Source: a virus (Duplodnaviria; Caudoviricetes). Taken from it: a stretch of DNA of 57,084 nucleotides. Where the stretch lies: IMG/VR virus record IMGVR_UViG_3300040047_000001, positions 1 to 57,084 of that record; one strand, written 5' to 3'. Position 1 is the first letter of the stretch. Every line of letters begins with the position of its first letter. The notes under the pieces were generated by a model, which was given only the letters and a program-made list of their open reading frames with translations, did no database searches and was not told the DNA's origin. The translations under genes were made by a program, and so were the position numbers. Positions 26,776 through 36,302 of the stretch are shown in pieces.

Positions 26776-28833
26776 ATGGAAGCGCTCGCGGAGAAGGTGG
26801 GGAACCGTATCCACATCAAGTCGCGCACGCCGATCCGCGCGCTCGCGAAGCACGTACCGGGAGCCAATTTCTCCGATCGGGCGCAAGCGTGGACAGCACC
26901 GCTTTCGATGGACGTCTGCCGGAACCTGCGGCAGCACTTCGGTGCTGGACTTCGCGTGGGTACGCAGCTCAGCTCGTGGGCGCGACGTGAGATCGCCAAG
27001 GAGCAGTCACAGGCTTTGCTTGGGCGGACTATGACGGGGGTGTCACTCCCTCGCGTCTCTGCCGTCGCACCCGCTCTCTGGGGAGTGCTGTCTAGCCGCC
27101 CTTACCAAGCCTCTGCAGCCCGCTTTATCGCTGAGGGTAGGCAAGTACTGGTTGCGGATACTCCTGGGCTAGGGAAGACTACAGAGGCGATTGCAGGGAT
27201 CGTAGAGTCCGGCGTACCCGGCCCATACCTCATCGTGGCGCCGAAGACGGCCCTCCCGACATGGGAGCGCGAGATCCGGATGCGGCTCGGAGCAGATGCT
27301 AACCCGGTAGTCGTCACCGGCTCGCGCCCGGAGCGGAACGCCATCCTGAGCCGCGTGCTCCATAGCTACAGCCTGGAGAACGTCTGGGTCATCATCAATA
27401 TCGAGATGGTGCGGACGAAGTCCTTCTGGGTCTGTCCCGAGTGCAACGAAGAGTGGAGAGCCAGCGATCATCCGAAGTCCAATATTGTGGACTGCGGCCA
27501 TGACGCGCGACGCGTCCGGACGCGGCACGATCACGAGTACCCAGAGCTGTTCGACTTCGGCTGGGGCGCGCTGATCGCCGACGAGTGCCAGCGCTCGCTC
27601 ATCCGCACCTCGGGGACACCGACCCAGACCCGAGCGGGCATGAAGATGCTCCAGAGCGCGGCAAACGGGCTGCGGATCGCCTTGTCTGGCACGCCGATGC
27701 GAGGGAAGCCGCAGCGCCTCTGGGGCGTGCTGAACTGGCTGGACGAGACGCGTAACAAGGGCTTCTGGAGCTGGCTGGAGCGGTACTGGATCGTCACGCA
27801 GGAGGGCTACGCCGGAGCACGCACCATCGGGGACTTCCGCGAGGATCGGGCGGACGCCTTCCACCGCTCGCTGGATCGGATGATGATTCGGCGGACGAAG
27901 GCTGAAGTCTCGCCCGACCTTCCGCCCAAGGCGTACATGGGTTCCGCGCTCGATCCGGCCGACCCGAAGTCACCTGTGGCTGTCTGGCTGCCGCTGACGC
28001 CGGAGCAGGAGCGCGCATATGCCCAGATGATCGCAAGCGGATCGGCGGAGATTGAGGGTGGAGACGTCAACGCGGTCGGCATCCTCGCTGAGCTGACCCG
28101 CATGAAGCAGTTTGCCTCGTGCTATATGAAGGTGGAGGAGAAGACCCAGCGCATCACGGGCGCTCGCGAAGCAGTACGACGGCAGAACGCTGCGAGGCAA
28201 GGGCAGTCGCTGCCGGCTGTGTTGGAAGAGCAGGTCAAACTAGCCGTTCCAGGGCTGCCCTCCAACAAGCTGGACTGGATCGAGCAGTTCCTGTTGGACC
28301 GCAACATATTGGACAGCGATGAGCTACCGACTACGAAAGTCGTTATCGTTTCGCAGTTCACCGAGATCCTAGGTCTCTTCGCGAACGCGTTGCAGGGCAA
28401 GTACTCCGGGTTTCGTTACGCAGCAGTGACCGGCAAGGTCACCGGGCGGAAGCGCCAGGAGAACATCGACAGCTTCAACGATATGGACTCAGGCGTCCAT
28501 GTCATGTTCCTCAATACGATTGCGGGTGGCGTCGCGGTAACGCTCGATGCTGCGGACGACATGATCATCATTGACGAGACCCATATCCCAGACGATCAGG
28601 AGCAGGTAGAGGACCGTATCAACAACAGACGTCCAGAGGAAAAGGTGCTGCAGCGTTGCTACTGGTACCTCAAATCCCTTGGGACGATTGACGAAGGGAT
28701 TGCCCGGACGAACTACGAACGCGACAGAGACCAGAAGCGCCACTTGGATGACCGACGTGGCGTACCGTACCTGCGAGCCGTCTACGCCACACTAGAAGAT
28801 GTTCACAACCGCAAGAAGAAGGGAAGAGAATGA
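26776..28833 (+). CDS. SNF2-family (SF2) DNA helicase
   Basis: RPYQ, DTPGLGKT, IADECQ, LSGTP, MIRRTK, QVEDRI motifs. Confidence 0.92.
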   Translation: MEALAEKVGNRIHIKSRTPIRALAKHVPGANFSDRAQAWTAPLSMDVCRNLRQHFGAGLRVGTQLSSWARREIAKEQSQALLGRTMTGVSLPRVSAVAPALWGVLSSRPYQASAARFIAEGRQVLVADTPGLGKTTEAIAGIVESGVPGPYLIVAPKTALPTWEREIRMRLGADANPVVVTGSRPERNAILSRVLHSYSLENVWVIINIEMVRTKSFWVCPECNEEWRASDHPKSNIVDCGHDARRVRTRHDHEYPELFDFGWGALIADECQRSLIRTSGTPTQTRAGMKMLQSAANGLRIALSGTPMRGKPQRLWGVLNWLDETRNKGFWSWLERYWIVTQEGYAGARTIGDFREDRADAFHRSLDRMMIRRTKAEVSPDLPPKAYMGSALDPADPKSPVAVWLPLTPEQERAYAQMIASGSAEIEGGDVNAVGILAELTRMKQFASCYMKVEEKTQRITGAREAVRRQNAARQGQSLPAVLEEQVKLAVPGLPSNKLDWIEQFLLDRNILDSDELPTTKVVIVSQFTEILGLFANALQGKYSGFRYAAVTGKVTGRKRQENIDSFNDMDSGVHVMFLNTIAGGVAVTLDAADDMIIIDETHIPDDQEQVEDRINNRRPEEKVLQRCYWYLKSLGTIDEGIARTNYERDRDQKRHLDDRRGVPYLRAVYATLEDVHNRKKKGRE

Positions 28834-29285
28834 CGAACGTGCATGACTGGACGCGACCCCCAGTCCAGAGGCGCAAGAAGAGCAAGCTGTTCGCCGTCGT
28901 ACTAATATCGCTCGGAGTGTTCGTGCTTCTCGTGTGCGGGGCAGGCGGCTACCTGATCCTGTCTGCCCCGACCCGTGTCACAGCCAGCAACCCCAACTCC
29001 CCCATGGAAACGCCGCTGTCGCGGTCCCCGCTGGCTCCGGCTCCTGCGCAGAAGGTGAAGGGCTCCATCAGCGACGGCGAGTGGACTGCTGGCGCAGACT
29101 TCTCGCCAGGCCCGTACGAAACCACCACACAGAGCAGCACATGCGTCTGGCAGGTAACGACAGGCGAAGGGGATAGCGTTCAGTACATCGATCCCGGGCA
29201 TGTCGGCCCTGGGCACTACAAGTTCACATTCAAGGCAGGCCAGACACTCCACACACTCGGCTGCGGCACATGGGTGAAGCGGTAG
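28830..29285 (+). CDS. Membrane-anchored extracytoplasmic protein
   Basis: One TM helix, then DGEWTAGADFSPGPY...CVW...GCGTW (actinobacterial lipoprotein-like domain). Confidence 0.7.
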   Translation: MTNVHDWTRPPVQRRKKSKLFAVVLISLGVFVLLVCGAGGYLILSAPTRVTASNPNSPMETPLSRSPLAPAPAQKVKGSISDGEWTAGADFSPGPYETTTQSSTCVWQVTTGEGDSVQYIDPGHVGPGHYKFTFKAGQTLHTLGCGTWVKR

Positions 29286-29509
29286 CGCTGCTAGCCTTCG
29301 CGCTCGCGCTCTCCCTTGCGTTTGTGGTCGGCGGATATGCGGGGCGATCAGGCGAGCGGAGGCTAGTTGCCGAAGGACGGAGCTCGCTCCGGGGCATTAC
29401 GCCGATCGCAAATTACGAGGCGCAACTACGCAGGTCTGTTGGCGCACCAAGGATGCACCCCGATCCAGAGAATGCACCGAGGCAAAGACGACTTAGGTTC
29501 CACAGATAA
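29270..29509 (+). CDS. Small membrane protein
   Basis: N-terminal TM helix; fills the operon. Confidence 0.5.
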   Translation: MGEAVALLAFALALSLAFVVGGYAGRSGERRLVAEGRSSLRGITPIANYEAQLRRSVGAPRMHPDPENAPRQRRLRFHR

Positions 29510-29547
29510 AAGTTTGAACTTTCCTCAGACTTTATCGACCCATCTCA

Positions 29548-29558
29548 TGGCATAGGGT
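29548..29558 (+). promoter_or_regulatory. Probable promoter for the replication region
   Basis: TGGCA-TAGGGT variant of the TGGCG-TANNNT motif in an AT-rich gap; canonical AGGAGG SD follows. Confidence 0.6.
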
Positions 29559-29600
29559 AAGGTTGCCCTGACGCCAAGGAATTCAACAGGAGGCACAGAA

Positions 29601-30152
29601 ATGGCACGTCCAATCAGCCGGGCCGCGCAGCGTGCGCTGGAAATCCCAGAGGACTACGCACCCTACGCGACCAAGGCACCGACCGATCTCCAGAGGCGGT
29701 TGGGTGACTGGATCATGGAGAAGACCGGCGTCACCTTCGTCACCAAGAAGGAAGAGGCAGCATACCGCGAGGGTGTTCGACTCGCCGTCGCGCTCCGCAT
29801 GAAGTTCCAGGCATCCCCGGAGAACCAGGATGCCATCGCCGAGCGGGCGGAGAACAAGACGGCAGAGGACCTGGAAGCCGCCAAGACCATGCCGGCTCCG
29901 GGAAAGAAGTCTTCATCGCGCCGTACTCCTCCCCGCGACCCGGAGGCTGCTCCGGCGAAGGCCACCAAGGCCACGGCCCGGAAGACGGCACCCGCCAAGG
30001 CTGCGAAGACGGCTCCGGCGAAGGTTGCTGTTGTGGAGCCGGAGACGGACGACGACACCGAGGCCGTTACCGAACCTGTGAAGGCGACTGGGCGCCGTCC
30101 GGCCCGTCGTCCAGCACGCAACGCCAGTGCTGACGCGGAAGTTCCTTTCTAG
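29601..30152 (+). CDS. Hypothetical protein with Lys/Ala-rich (histone-like) tail
   Basis: APAKATKATARKTAPAKAAKTAPAK; ends EVPF. Confidence 0.8.
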   Translation: MARPISRAAQRALEIPEDYAPYATKAPTDLQRRLGDWIMEKTGVTFVTKKEEAAYREGVRLAVALRMKFQASPENQDAIAERAENKTAEDLEAAKTMPAPGKKSSSRRTPPRDPEAAPAKATKATARKTAPAKAAKTAPAKVAVVEPETDDDTEAVTEPVKATGRRPARRPARNASADAEVPF

Positions 30153-30207
30153 GCGTTCTGGATGCGCGCGCCGATGTGATTGGTCGATCGCTTCGAGCAG
30201 ACGCGCA

Positions 30208-30243
30208 GGGTGGGGAGTCGGACGGACGACCGACTCCCCACCC
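30208..30243 (+). terminator. Perfect 14-bp stem-loop (terminator or RNA-stabilising hairpin)
   Basis: GGGTGGGGAGTCGG / CCGACTCCCCACCC; no U-tract. Confidence 0.6.
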
Positions 30244-30253
30244 ATCCCCTCGC

Positions 30254-30322
30254 GCAGAGCAGAGGTTGCCGGTGGCTAATTCAACTTCCCCTTGTCGACG
30301 CTACCGGCAGCCCCTACCCTGC
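30254..30322 (+). ncRNA. Candidate antisense hairpin RNA 1 (loop complementary to the GACAAGGGGA leaders)
   Basis: Stem 30261-30276 / 30300-30315 with two G-U pairs, 23-nt loop TAATTCAACTTCCCCTTGTCGAC. Confidence 0.55.
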
Positions 30323-30347
30323 ACGAAGGAACCCAAGGAGGTCAGTT

Positions 30348-30725
30348 GTGGGAGCTGCTGGATCAAAAGTCAAGTACAGAGGCGTTAGTGCTGCCGTCCG
30401 TCAGTACTTCGCCGAACGCCCGGGTATGGAAGTGCCTCTGAGTGAGCTGAAAGCCTACCTGAAAAGAGACGCGAACAAAGAGGTTCCGAGCGCTGTGGTC
30501 CACAACTCTATCAGCTACCTCAAGAACCAGCAGAGCTTCCAGATCGAGACGATAGCGCTCGGGCGGATCTGGCGCTACCGGCCGGCTGCTGTTGTTGCCC
30601 CGCCCCAGAACCCAGACGCCGTCCTGTGCCACAAGCGGATGTTCGAAGAGTTGGCGACTACCAAGAACGGCGATCTCCTGATCCAGGACGAGAATGGCAA
30701 GGTATACCGAGCGGAGGAGTTGTGA
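30348..30725 (+). CDS. Probable winged-HTH DNA-binding protein
   Basis: Start reassigned to GTG 30348 (AAGGAGG SD); helical core then GRIWRY wing. Confidence 0.6.
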   Translation: MGAAGSKVKYRGVSAAVRQYFAERPGMEVPLSELKAYLKRDANKEVPSAVVHNSISYLKNQQSFQIETIALGRIWRYRPAAVVAPPQNPDAVLCHKRMFEELATTKNGDLLIQDENGKVYRAEEL

Positions 30726-30777
30726 TCCTGGCCAATCTGATCAACATAGAACTGGTCGGCGCCACAGAGATCCACCG

Positions 30778-30909
30778 ATGATGCCTACACCAAGGAGCCA
30801 ACCGATAATGCGAGACTTCTTCGGGCGGGTGCTGATGTGCCTTGTCGCGCTCTCCGCCGGTATCTGCTTCGGCATCGGCATCGAGCAGCACTTCAAGGGG
30901 TGCCCGTGA
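30778..30909 (+). CDS. Small membrane protein
   Basis: Single hydrophobic helix; start uncertain. Confidence 0.4.
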   Translation: MMPTPRSQPIMRDFFGRVLMCLVALSAGICFGIGIEQHFKGCP

Positions 30910-31226
30910 ACCGCAACGACGCGCTATCGCTAGTTCGGAAGTATGGCTCGGCGATCCTGGAGCGTCGCTCGGCGGACTCGGCCGAGCACGGCATGACGCT
31001 CGTGGAAGCCCTCGCGGCGCCTCTGACGAATCCGATGCGAATCTACTTCCGTACCAACCCGTCTACGGTTGCCTTCCGGCACTTCGACGGTGTAGCCATC
31101 GTACCGCGCGTCGGCGACCAGATCGCTCTCGGTGGATTCCGGTGGAAGGCCACCGAAGTCGTCTGGGACTTCGAGAGCGAAAGTCCTGTCGAGGTCGACG
31201 TATTCCTGGAACTGGTGGTTCGGTAG
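30906..31226 (+). CDS. Hypothetical protein
   Basis: GTGA coupling; VPRVGDQI motif. Confidence 0.6.
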   Translation: MNRNDALSLVRKYGSAILERRSADSAEHGMTLVEALAAPLTNPMRIYFRTNPSTVAFRHFDGVAIVPRVGDQIALGGFRWKATEVVWDFESESPVEVDVFLELVVR

Positions 31227-31227
31227 C

Positions 31228-32352
31228 ATGGCTAGGGTTCCCATCATCCGGACGTCGGAGCGCCGTGCGTTCAAGCGCTGTCCGCAGATGTGGTGGTGGT
31301 CCTGGAGGCAGGGTCTCGTTCCGCTCGGGCGGATAGCTCCCGCGTTGTGGCTCGGGACTGGAGTTCACATCGGGCTCGCGGGTTGGTACTGCGGGCCTGG
31401 TCTGAAGCGCGGACCGCATCCAGCCGAGACGTTCGATCAGTGGGCTGCGGATGAAATCCAGTACATCAAGACGTCCGACAGGTTCGGCAATGGCAAAGAG
31501 GCTGTCATAGAGGAGAAGCTCATCCCCGGACGAGAGCTCGGGATTGCGATGCTCGAAGGCTATGTCAAGCAGTACGGCCGCGACGACTCCTGGAGCGTGA
31601 TCGAGCCGGAGCGTTCGGGCCAGGTGGATATCCTGGACCCCGACGACCCAGGCAAGCTACTCGCCATCTATGGCTTCACCTATGACCTCGTATATCGTGA
31701 CCTCGCGACTGGTCGGGTTATGTTGGGGGAGCACAAAACGGCCGCCAGCATCAAGGTGACGCACCTGCCGCTGGACCCGCAGGCAGGTAGCTACTTTCTC
31801 GTTGCCCAACCGCACCTTCGGCAAGAAGGTCTCATCGGCCCAAAGGAACGGCTCTATGGGATCACATACAATTTCCTCCGTAAGGCGCTCCCGGATCCTC
31901 GCCCGATCGGACCGACCGGCCACCGGCACAACAATCCCCTCAAGGCAGACTACATAAAAGCGCTCGCCGATGTTGACCACAGAAGCGAAGCAGAGCTGGG
32001 AAAGATGAAGCTGGAAGCCCTGGAGACCGTGGCGAACGCCCGAGGTATCCAGGTCTGGGGCGAGGTGTCCAAGAAGCAGCAATCGCCGCTCTTCCATCGC
32101 GAAGAGGTGCACCGGACACAAGCGGAGCGCGCGACGCAGTACGGGCGGATCCAGACAGACGCCGTGCTGATGGACCAGTACCGATCGGGCGCGCTCCTCC
32201 TCACCAAGAACGAAACGCCTGACTGCACGTTCTGCCAGTTCTTCGATATGTGCATCCTGGATGAGGGCACAGGAGATGCGCAGGAGTACCGCGAGTCCAT
32301 GTATGAAGTCCGTGATCCGTATGCGGATCACCGCAAGAGCACGGAGGAGTAG
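31228..32352 (+). CDS. RecB/Cas4-like PD-(D/E)xK exonuclease
   Basis: TSERRAFKRCP, GTGVH, DLV...EHKT, C-x2-C-x5-C tail. Confidence 0.88.
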   Translation: MARVPIIRTSERRAFKRCPQMWWWSWRQGLVPLGRIAPALWLGTGVHIGLAGWYCGPGLKRGPHPAETFDQWAADEIQYIKTSDRFGNGKEAVIEEKLIPGRELGIAMLEGYVKQYGRDDSWSVIEPERSGQVDILDPDDPGKLLAIYGFTYDLVYRDLATGRVMLGEHKTAASIKVTHLPLDPQAGSYFLVAQPHLRQEGLIGPKERLYGITYNFLRKALPDPRPIGPTGHRHNNPLKADYIKALADVDHRSEAELGKMKLEALETVANARGIQVWGEVSKKQQSPLFHREEVHRTQAERATQYGRIQTDAVLMDQYRSGALLLTKNETPDCTFCQFFDMCILDEGTGDAQEYRESMYEVRDPYADHRKSTEE

Positions 32353-32353
32353 C

Positions 32354-32770
32354 ATGGTAAGCAACAGCTTCAAGCAGGTGATCTTCGGCGCACTCGCGAA
32401 GAAGGGCCTTCGCTCGCAGGGCGCATCGGCATTCGTCAGGCACGACAGCCACAAGCCTCGGGCGGAGCGCGAGCACTGCGGCTGCTGGAAGGTCATTCAC
32501 GAGAAGGTACCGCACCCGAAGTACGGCGATCGGGTCGCGCACTTCGAGGCGAAGACGGTCCGCGATCCGGACTGCGAGCACGCTCGGGCGGAGGCGGAGC
32601 GCCTTCTCAGTCTTGCCCCGGTCGCGGCACCGGCAGCTCCAGTGCCCTTCGAGATGGAGGACGAAGACGCTACGCCGGAGTACGACGGCCGGTGCCAAGA
32701 GGAAACCAAGTCCGGTACCCGTTGCAAGAATGGGACTCCGGGTCGCTTCTGCCGGGTGCACGGCGGTTGA
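32354..32770 (+). CDS. Hypothetical Cys/His-rich protein
   Basis: GGAGGAG SD; C-terminal CQEETKSGTRCKN...FCRVH knuckle. Confidence 0.65.
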   Translation: MVSNSFKQVIFGALAKKGLRSQGASAFVRHDSHKPRAEREHCGCWKVIHEKVPHPKYGDRVAHFEAKTVRDPDCEHARAEAERLLSLAPVAAPAAPVPFEMEDEDATPEYDGRCQEETKSGTRCKNGTPGRFCRVHGG

Positions 32771-32771
32771 G

Positions 32772-32954
32772 ATGCGGTCAATGAAGACGCTCGGGCGTGA
32801 GGAGGTGGCCACGGCTCTGTCTCGAATCCGGCGCCTCCGCGCGCTCGGGCGGGTGAGCGGGGTTGATGCGGGCTATATCGAAGAGCGCCTGCTTGAGGTC
32901 GATGCTCGCATCATCTCCATGAACGAGACCAACGAGGCAGGAGAGGAGGTGTGA
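32772..32954 (+). CDS. Hypothetical protein
   Basis: Fills the gap; coupled to the next gene. Confidence 0.5.
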   Translation: MRSMKTLGREEVATALSRIRRLRALGRVSGVDAGYIEERLLEVDARIISMNETNEAGEEV

Positions 32955-33778
32955 TGGCTAGAGCCGTTGCAGAGGTTCCGCTGGAGGACTTTGAGGAGTC
33001 CATCAACATACTGGTCCATGCTTGGCCTGGGCAAGGCAAGACCGTCTGGGCTACTGGCGCTCCGGAACCACAGCTTGTCAGCGCTGAGCCGGGTGCGATC
33101 TCGGCGAAGCGCCAAGGTCGTCGAGGTGTCGGGCTGATCCGCATCAAGAGTTGGTCGGATGCGAATGACTGGCTCATCCAGCTGGAGGCCGGAAAGTTCG
33201 ACCACCGCAAGTGGGCGATCATCGACACCATATCCAACATTCAGCAGAAGAACCAGAATTCGGTTCTGGACAAGGCTGTCGCGGACAACCCGCGTCGAGA
33301 CCCTGATATCCCTGCGATTCAGGATTACCAGAAGCAACAGAACAGCCTGAAGCGTTGGGTGGAGCGGGTAGTCGACTATCCAATCAACACCATCTTCATC
33401 GCTCACACCATGGACGTTGAGGATAAAGACGGCGGACGGCGGCTTATGCCGACAATCCTTGGAGGAGCTGACAAGGGCTTCCCGATCGCCAACTACGTCA
33501 TGGGGTTGATGAATGCCGTCGGCTACATGGAGATGCGGTCGGTCAAGACAGAAGAAGGCCAGAAGATGGTTCGCAGGATCCTCTGGCAGCCGTACCATGA
33601 CAACAAACGCGATATCCGGTACATCGCCAAGGACCAGTTCGACTGCTTCGGGACCTTTACTGACGATCTCGATTTCGCGGGGCATCTCGCGCTGATCGAA
33701 GGTTCGGGTGTCGGTGAAGAATCCGAGGCAACGCAAGAGGAAACGCCTAAGCCCGTGCGTCGTAAGCGTGCGGCATAA
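32954..33778 (+). CDS. AAA ATPase (AAA_24/Sak4-like)
   Basis: Walker A WPGQGKT, Walker B AIIDTI, IFIAH; located between RecB-like and SSB genes. Confidence 0.85.
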   Translation: MARAVAEVPLEDFEESINILVHAWPGQGKTVWATGAPEPQLVSAEPGAISAKRQGRRGVGLIRIKSWSDANDWLIQLEAGKFDHRKWAIIDTISNIQQKNQNSVLDKAVADNPRRDPDIPAIQDYQKQQNSLKRWVERVVDYPINTIFIAHTMDVEDKDGGRRLMPTILGGADKGFPIANYVMGLMNAVGYMEMRSVKTEEGQKMVRRILWQPYHDNKRDIRYIAKDQFDCFGTFTDDLDFAGHLALIEGSGVGEESEATQEETPKPVRRKRAA

Positions 33779-33784
33779 GGAGGA

Positions 33785-34315
33785 GTGACAGTGCCCAAGG
33801 TTACATGGTCAGTCAAAGGGACCGACGTCGACGGCATGGAATCGGATGAGGAGTATGCGCCATATGAGGGGCCGATCCCCTCGCGTGGTGTCTTCCGGCT
33901 GAAGGTCCAGTCTGTCGAGTACGTCAAGTTCAGCACCGGCTCGAAGGGCCTGAAGGTCTTCGCTCGGATCGATGACCCGCGCTCGGACAAGAAGCAGTAC
34001 AACGGTTGCCCCTACTGGGAAAACATCGTTGACGGTGAGTCGACGGACTTCAAGATCAAGCAGTGGCTTGACGCGCTCGGTGCGACCGGCAAGGACTGGG
34101 ATGGAACCGTCGTAGACAAAGAGAACATGGTCACGAAGATCGGCCGGGTCGACTTCACTCGCGACGTCTACGTGCGTGCTACCGTCAAGAAGGGCAAGGA
34201 CAACAGCGAAAACGAGCGCGGGGAGATCAGTCGATTCCTCCGGCCGGTCGCTGAAGACGCCTCCGGCAGCGACGACAGCAACGACTCCGACGACGACGGC
34301 GAGACTCCCTTCTAG
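33785..34315 (+). CDS. Single-stranded DNA-binding protein (DUF669-like)
   Basis: OB-like strands; acidic tail ending DDGETPF. Confidence 0.75.
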   Translation: MTVPKVTWSVKGTDVDGMESDEEYAPYEGPIPSRGVFRLKVQSVEYVKFSTGSKGLKVFARIDDPRSDKKQYNGCPYWENIVDGESTDFKIKQWLDALGATGKDWDGTVVDKENMVTKIGRVDFTRDVYVRATVKKGKDNSENERGEISRFLRPVAEDASGSDDSNDSDDDGETPF

Positions 34316-34334
34316 GGATCGTCCGAAGTAGACT

Positions 34335-34373
34335 GAGGGGCCGTTCTCGGGTCGGCGGGGACGGTCCCTCTTT
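34335..34373 (+). terminator. Intrinsic terminator
   Basis: GAGGGGCCGTTCTCG / CGGGGACGGTCCCTC plus TTT. Confidence 0.75.
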
Positions 34374-34394
34374 GCTCCGCCGGATTGGAGAGAT

Positions 34395-34616
34395 ATGGGG
34401 AAGTACGAAGAGATCATCAAAGTCCGCCCAGAGTACGACATGGACGACGAGACATTCCACAAGCACCTAGAGCACAGGCACTTGCGTGAGAATGACTGGG
34501 GCGGGTTGCAGACGCTCCGGGGCGGTGCGCAGTTTTCCGGGAACCGCAAGGTGTACAGCACCTGGCACGAATTCTGTCACAAGAACTGGCCGGGGAGCTA
34601 CGACCATGAGCATTGA
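34395..34616 (+). CDS. Small His-rich protein
   Basis: FHKHLEHRH...WHEFCH...DHEH; GGAG SD. Confidence 0.7.
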   Translation: MGKYEEIIKVRPEYDMDDETFHKHLEHRHLRENDWGGLQTLRGGAQFSGNRKVYSTWHEFCHKNWPGSYDHEH

Positions 34617-34875
34617 AGAAGGCGAGACCTACCAGGCATGGCGCCGAGCGAGGCGGCCAATGCCGGAGCAGACGCTAGTCGATGAGGCGCTAACCGGAGA
34701 CCACGGCCGGCAGTCCTTCGTCGCCGGGCAGGATGTCCGGGAGCCACCAGAGTTCCAGGAGCACGAGTGCTGGAGAATGATGTGCATATGGCCGCCGAAC
34801 GACGACGGCCCAGAACGGGTCGAATGCTCCGGCTGCGGCGCGGTCGGGCGGATCGAATGGGAGTACAAACCATGA
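34606..34875 (+). CDS. Small zinc-ribbon-like protein
   Basis: HEC...CSGC; overlaps both neighbours. Confidence 0.55.
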   Translation: MSIEEGETYQAWRRARRPMPEQTLVDEALTGDHGRQSFVAGQDVREPPEFQEHECWRMMCIWPPNDDGPERVECSGCGAVGRIEWEYKP

Positions 34876-35675
34876 AGCGAGTCGTGGTGCTCGGGTGTGG
34901 GCCTGCCGGACTCTTTGCCGCCCACGCGGCGAGGCGGCAGGGTGCCGAGGTTGTGATCATCAGCAAGAAGCGGCGTAGCGAGATGTACGGCGCGCAGTAC
35001 CTGCACTCTGAGATTCCGGGCCTGACAACGGGATCGAACCCATTCACAGTCGAGTACCGGTTGGACGGCGAGCTGGACGACTACCTTGTGAAGGTCTATG
35101 GGCCGACCGTGCCGAATCGGAAGGGCATCAGCAAAGACTCGCTAGTGGGTGTTTACCCGGCATGGGATATCCGCAAGGCATACCACAGGGCCTGGGACAT
35201 GTACCACCCCTCCATCGTTCCCATGGCGCTTTCGGCAAAGGACATCCCGGACATCATCAAGTATTACCAGCCGAACGTGCTGATCTCGACGGTACCGGCA
35301 CCAGACATCTGCCTCGGGACGGAGGTCGGGCACGCGTTCGACGTCCGGCGGATCTGGGCGATCGGGGATGCGCCGGAGCGCGGCGTGTTCGCGCCGCGAC
35401 CGTCCGTCGAACCGAACGTCATCCACTACAACGCCAACCCTGCGCCTGCATGGTACCGTGCTTCGCTGATCTCTGGGTACGCTGCTGTGGAGTGGCCGGA
35501 GCACTCGCGGCCCCCTGTGGACGACGTAGCGGAGGTGCTGAAGCCTGTCGCGACGACGTGTGACTGCTGGCTCGGCAACCGCAAGGTGAAGACGGTACGG
35601 CTCGGGCGGTATGGCGCCTGGAACCGACTCGGACACTCGCATCAGGCGTACTGGGAAACGCTGAAAGCCGTCTGA
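34872..35675 (+). CDS. FAD/NAD(P)-binding oxidoreductase
   Basis: N-terminal VVVLGCGPAGLFAA Rossmann motif, GAQYLH, LGRYGAW. Confidence 0.85.
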   Translation: MKRVVVLGCGPAGLFAAHAARRQGAEVVIISKKRRSEMYGAQYLHSEIPGLTTGSNPFTVEYRLDGELDDYLVKVYGPTVPNRKGISKDSLVGVYPAWDIRKAYHRAWDMYHPSIVPMALSAKDIPDIIKYYQPNVLISTVPAPDICLGTEVGHAFDVRRIWAIGDAPERGVFAPRPSVEPNVIHYNANPAPAWYRASLISGYAAVEWPEHSRPPVDDVAEVLKPVATTCDCWLGNRKVKTVRLGRYGAWNRLGHSHQAYWETLKAV

Positions 35676-35771
35676 GTCAACCCCTAGACCCATCCCGGAG
35701 AAGGCGGTAGTCTGAGATCCTTTCATCCGGATGTTTTACAGAAGGCAACATAATGACAGGGGATCGGCGCG

Positions 35772-36302
35772 ATGAGCGTAACCGAGCAGACTGGCGCGGC
35801 TACACCACAAGGACCACACGAGGATGGGTACAACTGGATGAGCGCACCACAGTCGACCTCTGGCACGGAGCCGCAACTGCAACAGCTCTCGATGATCGTC
35901 CGCGAGTGGTGGAAGCAGTTCCTGGTCGCCTACACAGAGTACGGGCCTGGCGCAGCCGACGAAACGGGCCTGGCCGGTCAGTGGGGCGATCTGCACCGAA
36001 AGGTCAAGAAACTCAAGCCCTTCATGTGGGAGGGGGACGAGACGCGTCTGAAGCGGGAGAATCCGCGAGAGGTCTTGATGGACTTGATTGGGCACTGCTT
36101 CCTGGCGATCGAGATGCTGGACCGGGAGATGCCCTCTGGACGTTCGTCGGTGTATTCGGCGCCACCCTCCTCATCTGCGACGGACTACTCAGCCTCTTTG
36201 CAGGACTGGTTTCGACGTTGTTGCGATGATGAGTGCGTGGACTATCGCAGGATGTTGACACCCGGCCAGCGACACGTACATCGCTATCGGCCGATCCAAT
36301 GA
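35772..36302 (+). CDS. DUF1599 / nucleotide-modification-associated (all-alpha) protein
   Basis: EYG...GLAGQWGDLHRKVKKLK...ENPREVLMDLIGHCFL. Confidence 0.6.
   Translation: MSVTEQTGAATPQGPHEDGYNWMSAPQSTSGTEPQLQQLSMIVREWWKQFLVAYTEYGPGAADETGLAGQWGDLHRKVKKLKPFMWEGDETRLKRENPREVLMDLIGHCFLAIEMLDREMPSGRSSVYSAPPSSSATDYSASLQDWFRRCCDDECVDYRRMLTPGQRHVHRYRPIQ

Noticed and set aside
30180-30347. N-terminal extension of the HTH ORF through the hairpin region
   Set aside because: No SD; a strong AAGGAGG precedes GTG 30348; the region is dominated by inverted repeats
31228-32352. Cas4 as evidence of a CRISPR system
   Set aside because: Its context (AAA ATPase, SSB) is the usual phage recombination module
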